In this document: positions 1-6,926 of the stretch, in pieces
How the letters are laid out: every line of letters starts with the position of its first letter
How positions within the stretch are numbered: the stretch's first letter is position 1
NCBI RefSeq assembly: GCF_006345805.1
Contig: NW_021827034.1
Location: 1-10,824, forward strand
Direction: 5' to 3'
DNA length: 10,824 nt
Source of the DNA: Octopus sinensis
Lineage: Eukaryota
Notes under the pieces: model-generated
What the model was told of the DNA's origin: nothing
The model's database searches: none
The model's input: only the letters and a program-made list of their open reading frames with translations
Made by a program: the position numbers and the translations under genes

Positions 1-117
1 CCCTGATGAAGGCTTCAGGTATATCAGCCGAAACGTTGAGTTAACAACAAAGACTAGGACAAATATCCGTCAATTGTAATTAATGTCAATAATGACATAA
101 TTCTTCCTAAAATATGC

Positions 118-120
<3 letters not shown>
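1..120 (+). mobile_element. Probable Penelope-like element (PLE) terminal-repeat remnant carrying a hammerhead core, truncated by the window edge
   Basis: CTGATGA (3-9), extra A, stem GGCT/AGCC (11-14/26-29), GAAAC (30-34), followed by AT-rich sequence that ends at an (AT)n tract. The PLE assignment is inferred from the known association of minimal hammerheads with PLE repeats. Confidence 0.5.
3..37 (+). ncRNA. Hammerhead ribozyme core (type I-like, partial)
   Basis: Canonical CUGAUGA, stem II, GAAAC, then GUU with palindromic AACGUU (32-37). The 5' strand of stem I lies mostly outside the window and cannot be verified. Confidence 0.5.
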
Positions 121-158
<38 letters not shown>

Positions 159-232
159 AACCCATGCTAGCTTGGAAAGCGGACGTTAACGATGATGATG
201 ATATGTATATATATAGTTTAAGAAGAATTATG

Positions 233-269
<37 letters not shown>
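121..269. repeat. (AT)n microsatellites (121-154 and about 236-269) flanking a short retroposon tail
   Basis: Perfect AT dinucleotide runs seen directly. Confidence 0.95.
154..202 (+). mobile_element. 3' tail fragment of a LINE or SINE (possibly RTE-related)
   Basis: TGTCCAACCCATGCTAGCTTGGAAAGCGGACGTTAAC followed by a (GAT)4 tail, with a near-palindrome CCATGCTAGCTTGG. A stem-loop plus short tandem tail is typical of retroposon 3' ends. The family call rests on recalled resemblance only. Confidence 0.45.
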
Positions 270-271
<2 letters not shown>

Positions 272-571
272 AATATTGAATTTCTAAATCACTCGTAGAG
301 ACATGTACGGTGGTGGGGCGATAGAATGGTTGTATACTGTCAATCTAACAAGAACGTGACAGTAGGGGGTACACCACCGCTGTATAGCCCTAGGAAGCAT
401 CGAACGCCTCCTGATAGCTTTGACACATTTTTTCCCTGTGTCCTTATATACATATACGAAGGGGAGACAAACACCCCCGGCCGCCGGAACTGCATCTAGG
501 GACACCGTGTTTCAGGATCGTTGTCCTTCATCGGTCTAGAGTAGCAGACACCGGTCAGCTAGTGATATTTG
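268..571 (-). mobile_element. Hammerhead-containing repeat, minus-strand copy (order B'-x'-A'); retrozyme-like or PLE-derived
   Basis: 268-377 is the reverse complement of 581-691 (2 substitutions, 1 indel). About 445-571 is the reverse complement of 752-~875. The copy contains a hammerhead at 490-547 and ends in (TA)n. Confidence 0.7.
490..547 (-). ncRNA. Type I hammerhead ribozyme motif, variant core, with a mismatched closing pair of stem I
   Basis: Minus strand reads CTGCTAC TCTAGA CCGATGA AGGA-caacga-TCCT GAAAC ACGGT GTC CCTAGA TGCAG. Confidence 0.7.
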
Positions 572-580
572 GTGATATTT

Positions 581-870
581 GTGGTGTACCCCCTACTGTC
601 ACGTTCTTGTTAGATTGACAGTATACAACCATTCTATCGCCCCACCACCGTACATCTCTCTACGAGAGATTTAGAAATTCAATATTTCTTATTTTGATAA
701 TCAGTGAATAGACTTCACTGAATATACATATATACAATTACGAAGTCGAGGCAAATATCACTAGCTGACCGGTGTCTGCTACTCTAGGCCGATGAAGGAC
801 AACGATCCTGAAACACGTGTCCCTAGATGCAGTTCCGGCTCCGTGGGTGTTTGCCTCCCCTTCGTATATA
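581..870 (+). mobile_element. Hammerhead-containing repeat, plus-strand copy (order A'-y-B'); retrozyme-like or PLE-derived
   Basis: Inverted and circularly permuted relative to 268-571. It contains several perfect hairpins and an intact hammerhead fold, and ends in (TA)n. Confidence 0.7.
776..832 (+). ncRNA. Type I hammerhead ribozyme (CCGAUGA core, U4C variant), predicted cleavage after GUC at 821
   Basis: Stem I TCTAGG (783-788)/CCTAGA (822-827), extended by CTGC (776-779)/GCAG (829-832). Core CCGATGA 789-795. Stem II AGGA/TCCT (796-799/806-809). GAAAC 810-814. Palindromic stem III ACACGTGT (813-820). C17 at 821. Confidence 0.82.
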
Positions 871-1419
871 TATATATATATATATTAATATTATATTATC
901 AATATATGTGTGTGTGTGTGTGTGTAAACCAATTAAAAACTAAAGTAGGAATTATCATATCGGAACAAAAGGACAATTAGTGTAAGAGTGAATTCATATT
1001 CTTGATGGCGTGTTACATATTTCCCTTCACACACTAATTGTCAAATATATACTAAACTAATGATCTATTCTGGATATTATATCTTACATACTTTACTGAT
1101 TGGCGTATTTCTATAACCTAATATTAACAACATAGATAAATTGAGACATTGCTGTATTAAGCCCAGGCCCTGTCAAACTGAATAACCTCATCCACCAGGA
1201 TATTTTAGGTCATGTTTACAGACTCCAAAGCCGATACGCGTGGGACGTTGCTCTTGGTTGAAACAAATCTATGTATTAGTGATTGTCTAGTTGTCTAGTT
1301 TGTTATTTTTGGGAGGGATTTTTTCCGGTATCATTTAAAGATTACGGATAACTTTTTCTATGATAATACTGAATTGATCGGAACATCTTGAAGCAAATAT
1401 GTTATGTTCGTCAATATGG

Positions 1420-1422
<3 letters not shown>

Positions 1423-1490
<68 letters not shown>

Positions 1491-1586
1491 GTGTGTATGT
1501 ATATATATGTGTGTGTGTGGTGGTGTGTAATGTATATCTATGTGTGTTGTGTGTGTATGTATATATATGTGTTGTGTGTGTATGTA

Positions 1587-1618
<32 letters not shown>

Positions 1619-1662
1619 AATGTATGTATGTATGTATGTATGTATGTATGTGTATGCATGTA
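1423..1662. repeat. Compound microsatellite (AT)n-(GT)n-(GTAT)n
   Basis: Seen directly. It is the source of the YIYI/CVCV/HTHT pseudo-ORFs. Confidence 0.95.
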
Positions 1663-2130
1663 TACTTTCAGGGTTAAATGAAAAGACAACAAACGGAAAA
1701 AACGAACATATACACAGACGGACAGAAAACACAGAAGGTCACCAATCCTTCATCTGTTATTGGCCGGAGGGTCAAACACAATTTCAGCCATTATCGAAAA
1801 TATTGTTTTCACTCTGGAGGCACCGACAAGAAACATGTGGAGAATGGGACCTCAACATAGCAAAACGAAACAGGCTAGAGATGAGACCGTTAGTGGGTGG
1901 ATGGGTTACAGTTATGCTTTGCATAACACTGATGGCATCTTTCACACGTTGTCCATATACAGTAGTGTTCACTAGCATGGGAGATGCTAAAGTCACTCGA
2001 AGAGATCACAAATTATCAAGGCTTGACGTGCCGTTTACATTTCATGTATTTTTTTTTTTTTTTTGAGCTATATATGACTCATATTGTCGCCATTTTATTT
2101 CACGTTTCTCCTCGACTACATCCTCATAAA

Positions 2131-2195
2131 ACACACACATATACACACACACACGCGCGCGCGCGCGCGCGCACACACGCACACACACACACGTG
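2131..2195. repeat. Alternating purine-pyrimidine tract (CA)n-(CG)9-(CA)n
   Basis: 65 bp of uninterrupted R/Y alternation with (CG)9 at 2154-2171. Confidence 0.9.
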
Positions 2196-2386
2196 ATGTA
2201 TACACACACGTGACGTATACACTTACACACATTCTCATATACACAAGGCGCATACACGCACATCAGACAAATATTTGCACGCATTTCTGTGTCTATTGTA
2301 GACTTTTGCATTATTTAGTATTTACACTACTTTTCTGATCTCTCCACCTTTCTCTCTCTATATGTGTATGCCTATATATATATATA

Positions 2387-3025
2387 CTAGCAGTATCGCC
2401 CGGCGTTGCTCGGGTTTGTAAGGAAAATAACTATATAAGCATTTTTAGAGAGTTATAGCCAAAAAATAGCAAAAAATGCATTAAAAATGGAAAAAATATG
2501 ATGGTAAATTTTTTAAAAAATCGTTGACTCATCGTAGACATTTTTAGAGAGTTACTTCCCTTATATAATAGCGAAAAAATGCATTAAAATGGAAAAAAAA
2601 CGATGGTAAATTTTTTTTTAAATCGTAGACTCATGTAGCAGTAGCGCTTTCTTAGCCATTCTGTTTTGGTGTCTTCAAGCCATGAAGTCGTTGTTCTAAA
2701 AGAACGCTGGTCTCCTTGACAACGCATTACGACGTTGATTTCCTTACACTCCTTCCCCACAGGTGCAGGTGTGAGCGTGGACGCCAACTCCGCCGCCATC
2801 GACACACGAAAAATTATGCATTAAAAATGGAATAAAAAATTATGTTAATTATTTTTAAATCGTAGACTCATCGTAGACGCGCGCTAATACTCAGACGGGC
2901 TCGATATGAATCACGACTATAAGCTACCCGAATTTGGTTAAACTGCACCGCAAAATGTGGGAGTAGTTAGGAATCTAAATCGAAGGGGACAGACACTCAC
3001 ACAACTACAGTTTTATATATATAGA
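2387..3025 (-). mobile_element. Non-autonomous Helitron, family A, copy 1 (contains a ~170-bp internal insert)
   Basis: On the minus strand: 5' A|TC terminus at 3025; 3' GC hairpin (2398-2415) about 7 nt before CTAG|T (2390-2387); AT target and no TSD. Internal ~100-bp subrepeats (ATTTTTAGAGAGTTA at 2441 and 2540). Homologous to 4959-5344. Confidence 0.85.
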
Positions 3026-3039
3026 TATACATAGCGCAG

Positions 3040-3464
3040 TAGTGGTGAGATGTGACAGCAAAGAAAAGCATACATTCACTCTCTGCATGCAATTAGACTC
3101 GGAAAGTTCGTGAGGACCCATTGACCCAATTTGCTGACTTTTCCGATAGCACACAGGTTTCAATGAATGGTTGAATGACCAAATCCAAGCTTCTCTGCTA
3201 GTTTCTCAACAGTTACGATGAGATTTTGTTCCACCAGGGTTTCAGGATGTCCTTGTCGAGTTCTACAGATCTTTCAGGATGAGGCTCGTCTTCTAGCTGT
3301 AGTTTATGGCTCGGAATTTCTGGAACCACCATTGACACTGCCTTACGCTTATTGTCCAATCCCCATATACTGCATTAACATTTCTTGTACTTTCCGTTGC
3401 GTTGTTGTCTTTATTGAACTCATAAAGCAAAATATGCCAAATGCTCCTTTGTTACTTCCAACAT
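3040..3464 (-). pseudogene. Mariner (Tc1/mariner) transposase pseudogene, N-terminal HTH DNA-binding region
   Basis: ATG at 3464. Translation across 4 frameshifts and 1 stop gives MLEVTKEHL/HILLYEFNKDNNATESTRNVNAVYGDWTISVRQCQWWFQKFRAINY/LEDEPHPERSVELDKDIL/TLVEQNLIVTVEKLAEKLGFGHSTIH*NLCAIGKVSKLGQWV/PHELSESNCMQRVNVC. This includes the mariner WVPHEL motif (3104-3120) and a LEDEPR-like motif. The catalytic DD34D domain is absent. Confidence 0.9.
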
Positions 3465-3616
3465 AGCTTTGAAAAAAAAACTGCTGTTAAAATCGAAATG
3501 CACTCTTAAAAACTTGCACTATATGAATAAGGACAAGATAAAATTACTACCTGCTTTTATAGCAGTTAATATAAGTAGTTTATATCCCATTCCCCTCTGA
3601 CATTTAGTTCAAGCTG

Positions 3617-3637
3617 TTGAAAAAACCGCATTATTAT
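3617..3637 (-). repeat. Inner half of the mariner 5' terminal inverted repeat
   Basis: Minus strand ATAATAATGCGGTTTTTTCAA resembles the inner part of Hsmar1-type TIRs (...TAATTGCGGTTTT). It lies about 150 bp upstream of the transposase ATG; the outer half is replaced by microsatellite. Confidence 0.6.
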
Positions 3638-3641
3638 ATTA

Positions 3642-4092
3642 TATACATACATACATACATACATACATACATACATACATACATACATACATCTACATCC
3701 AACACACACACTCTCTCCTCACACACATGCACACATTTATATTCTGTTATTCTTTTATATGTTTCAGCCTTGAGGTTGTGGCCATGCTGGATCATGTGTG
3801 TGTGTGTGTGTGTGTCTATCTGTCTGTCTGTCTGTATGTATATATGTATGTATGTGTGTGAACAATAATATTTTCAACAGATGTGTTGCAAAGTATCTGA
3901 TTGTTCTCAAGCTTCAATACTGTGTGTGTGTGTAGTGTGTGTTGTGTATGTATGTATGTATATGTATGTATGTATGTATGTATATGTATGTATGTATGTA
4001 TGTATGTGTGTATGTATGTATGTGTGTGTGTATGTATGTATGTGTGTGTGTATGTGTGTGTGTATGTATGTATGTATGTATGTATGTATGAG
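3642..4092. repeat. Compound (TACA)n, (CA)n, (TG)n and (TGTA)n microsatellites with short unique spacers
   Basis: Seen directly. Confidence 0.9.
3736..3790 (-). mobile_element. Short LINE/SINE 3' tail fragment
   Basis: Minus strand CCAGCATGGCCACAACCTCAAGGCTGAAACATATAAAAGAATAACAGAATATAAA resembles the LINE tail at 9620-9678. Confidence 0.55.
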
Positions 4093-4142
4093 TGTATGTT
4101 TACTTTATTACTAACACAAGCCACTACGGTTATTTAATGTAA

Positions 4143-4591
4143 AGTCTTCCTCAAATCACTCTCTTTTGCTATTTACTCTCTTCCAAGAACATTTTCACTC
4201 ACTCTTATGTCTTAGCTTCCCATACATTTTACTCATGTATCTATCAGCGTCATAGACAGAAACAAATATTACATCGCCATCGTCACCGTATTCTATTGTC
4301 TACCTGTCAACACACTGAATTACTTTCACTTTATTCGTAGCACACTGTGTGTGTGTGCGTTTGCGTGTGCTGTAAACCAGACTAAGAAAAGCATTTGACA
4401 TACACACCAGAATGTGAGTTTTCTGTAAATTTTGCTTAATTGGAGTTTAAATTTTAAAAACTGGACCTGGCATGACCCGATGCATTCTACTCTTAAAAAT
4501 GCTAGGTAAATTGTAATTGAAGAAATCCTATATTGTAGATTTCTATAAGATACAAAGGGAGGCAGATAAAATCTGCCTTTTATAATAAGAG
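4143..4591 (-). mobile_element. Family B Helitron-like repeat, copy 1
   Basis: Shares sequence with 4592-4958 and 6453-6749. The minus-strand start TCTTATTATAAAAGGCAG is followed by the hairpin GGCAGAT-aaa-ATCTGCC (4561-4577). No 3' hairpin plus CTAG end was found, so the Helitron call is tentative. Confidence 0.55.
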
Positions 4592-4958
4592 ATACATTTT
4601 ACTCATGTATCTATCAGCGTCATAGACAGAAACAAATATTACATCGCCATCGTCACCGCATTCTATTGTCTACCTGTCAACACACTGAATTACTTTCACT
4701 TTATTCGTAGCACACTGTGTGTGTGCGTTTGCGTGTGCTGTAAACCAGACTAAGAAAAGCATTTGACATACACACCAGAATGTGAGTTTTCTGTAAATTT
4801 TGCTTAATTGGAGTTTAAATTTTAAAAACTGGACCTGGCATGACCCGATGCATTCTACTCTTAAAAATGCTAGGTAAATTGTAATTGAAGAAATCCTATA
4901 TTGTAGATTTCTATAAGATACAAAGGGAGGCAGATAAAATCTGCATTTTATAATAAGA
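4592..4958 (-). mobile_element. Family B Helitron-like repeat, copy 2 (tandem duplicate of 4222-4591)
   Basis: Period 370 bp. It differs from the first unit by 2 substitutions and one GT unit. Confidence 0.6.
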
Positions 4959-5344
4959 CTAGCAGTATCGCCCGGCGTTGCTCGGGTTGTAAGGGAAATA
5001 ACTATATAAGCATTTTTAGAGAGTTATAGTAAAAAAATAGCAAAAAAATGCATTAAAAATTGAAAAAAATTAAGATAAATTTTTTAAAAATCGTTGACAC
5101 ATCGTAGATATTTTTAGAGAGTTACTAAAAGCGAAAAAAATGCATTAAAATGGAAAAATATGATGGTAAATTTTTTTTAAATCGTAGACTCATCGTAGAC
5201 GCACGCTAATACCCAGAAGGGCTCGATATGAATCACGACTATAAGATACTCGCTTTTGGTTAAACTGCACCGCAAAATGTGGGGGTAGTTAGGAATCTAA
5301 ATCGTAGGAGACAGACACCACACAACTTCACTCTTATATAAAGA
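4959..5344 (-). mobile_element. Non-autonomous Helitron, family A, copy 2 (no internal insert)
   Basis: Same termini as 2387-3025: A|TC at 5344 and hairpin plus CTAG|T at 4959. Two ~98-bp subrepeats (5012 and 5110). Confidence 0.85.
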
Positions 5345-5345
5345 T

Positions 5346-5672
5346 GCTTTTTTTTTTCAGTCATAGAGTTAGATTTATGAAGGTCTTCAGTAGAAAATCC
5401 TTCGAATTCTGACTCACTGCTTGATATAATGAAATTCGTATCCATTTTTTGTCAGAATTACAAATTTAGAAAACACAATAGGAACAAATTTCGGAAATAA
5501 ATCTCCCATAATTCACGGAATTAAAATTACACTTCGATTTTTGTACAAAACTGTAGTTGAAGTGTTTACGAAGTATAATACGTGTTTTCACGAATGTACT
5601 AAAGAATTTGCTCTGATATTCTCATTTAAATATGAATATGTAAATTCAGGCGCTTGGTAACGAAAGGGTTAA
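5346..5672 (-). mobile_element. piggyBac-like DNA transposon left end with the start of the transposase
   Basis: Minus strand TTAA|CCCTTTCGTTACCAAGCGCC (TTAA at 5669-5672). An ATG at 5445 opens the acidic N-terminus MDTNFIISSSESEFEGFSTEDL, which is truncated near 5346. No second TIR is present in the window. Confidence 0.65.
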
Positions 5673-5919
5673 ACGGATGCATACATTTATTAATCTCTTA
5701 TTATAATAACTATATTAAGTGTCGTCTGTTTTATACATAAACACTGTTTCATACTGCAATTATATATACATATATCTATATATAATATTATATAATAAAA
5801 TATATACAGAGTAAAATAAAAACCAATTTACCTTTTCTGTCCGTCCGTGTGTCTTTGCAAATGTGTTGGAATGATAAGTGAGTTGTGATTTGGCGCCTTT
5901 TTTACTAATAACAAACACA

Positions 5920-6131
5920 CACGTGTTTGTATGTAGTTGTATGTGTATGTAGTTGTATGTAGTTGTATATGTATGTGTATGCGTGTGTGTGAGGAATGAC
6001 ACACACACACTCACGCACGCACACATGTACATCAATGCTTTCGGAGTGATATGTTAAAATATCACACACACACACGCACACACAGACACACACGCACAGA
6101 CACACGCACACACACTCAGACACACACACAC
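5920..6131. repeat. Compound (TG/TATG)n and (CA/CAGA)n microsatellites
   Basis: Seen directly. Confidence 0.85.
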
Positions 6132-6250
6132 GTTAGCTTACAATGTCTGTCAACAATTGACACTGTCGTATATATTAGCGTGTCTATGTGTCTAAAGAGG
6201 AAGTTGGAGTAATAGGCAGAGTAAGGCTTCAAAGTGAAATGTTAAAATAT

Positions 6251-6362
6251 TGAGTTTTCTCTCGAATTTTGTCTTAATTGGGGGTGAAATTGAAAGAATA
6301 TATTATGGCATGAGCGAATGGAGTACTTTGAAAAATCTTAGGTAAATTCTAATTGAAGAAAT
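6251..6362 (-). repeat. Diverged internal subrepeat of family B
   Basis: TGAGTTTTCT...TTAATTG...GGCATGA...TAGGTAAATT.TAATTGAAGAAAT aligns by eye with 6574-6685. Confidence 0.65.
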
Positions 6363-6452
6363 TGTGTGAGGAGTAAATGGTTATGTATTTATTTGTTTCT
6401 GTTTGCTGTGTTTTTTTTATTTTTTGAGTAGTGGTTTAAATACTTTCAGTTT

Positions 6453-6746
6453 AGTCTTCCTCAAATCACTCTGTCGCTATTTACTTTCATTTTATTCGTT
6501 GCACACTGTGTGTGTGCGTTTGCGTGTGGTGTAAACCAGACTAAGAAAAGCATTTGACACACACACCAGAATGTGAGTTTTCTGTAAATTTTGCTTAATT
6601 GGAGTTTAAATTTTAAAAACTGGACCTGGCATGACGCGATGCATTGTACTCTTAAAAATGCTAGGTAAATTGTAATTGAAGAAATCCTATATTGTAGATT
6701 TCTATAAGATACAAAGGGAGGCAGATAAAATCTGCCTTTTATAATA

Positions 6747-6749
<3 letters not shown>
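6453..6749 (-). mobile_element. Family B Helitron-like repeat, copy 3 (internally deleted)
   Basis: Matches 4143-4590 with a deletion. Intact A|TC terminus at 6749, hairpin at 6720-6736, abutting (AT)n. Confidence 0.6.
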
Positions 6750-6789
<40 letters not shown>

Positions 6790-6926
6790 TGCATACATGT
6801 GAACGTGTATGTATATATGTATATATATTGTTTATATGTATATATATATACATGTATGTTTGTGTGTGTGTGTATACCTGTGATGGTGAGCTTGTAAAAG
6901 TGCAAGGCCGAGTTGTTTATATATAT

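Noticed and set aside
284-505. 73-aa minus-strand ORF, and the related 792-980 plus-strand ORF, as a peptide of the hammerhead unit
   Set aside because: One starts at GTG, the two copies do not share a common start, and the 792 ORF runs into microsatellite. No recognisable domain.
1670-1677. AGGGTTAA as the partner piggyBac TIR
   Set aside because: Same orientation as the 5666-5672 end, and the similarity does not extend inward.
1388-1732. Overlapping ORFs rich in YI, CV and HT dipeptides (also near 2042-2338, 3617-4137, 5760-6129, 6461-6950, 8036-8462, 9055-9249 and 9953-10397)
   Set aside because: They are translations of microsatellites, which lack stop codons, and show no protein-family signal.
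2441-2880. CRISPR-like repeat-spacer array (recurring ~100-bp motif with one unique insert)
   Set aside because: These are imperfect internal Helitron subrepeats in eukaryotic DNA, with no regular unique spacers and no cas genes.
3218-3466. 82-aa plus-strand ORF
   Set aside because: It is antisense to the mariner transposase remnant.
5260-5345. C-terminal part of the 61-aa minus-strand ORF as real protein
   Set aside because: It is read-through from the truncated piggyBac ORF into Helitron sequence.
5384-5390. Minus-strand CTGAAGA as a fifth hammerhead core
   Set aside because: No GAAA followed by stem III and an NUH site, no stem I, and it lies within the piggyBac ORF remnant.
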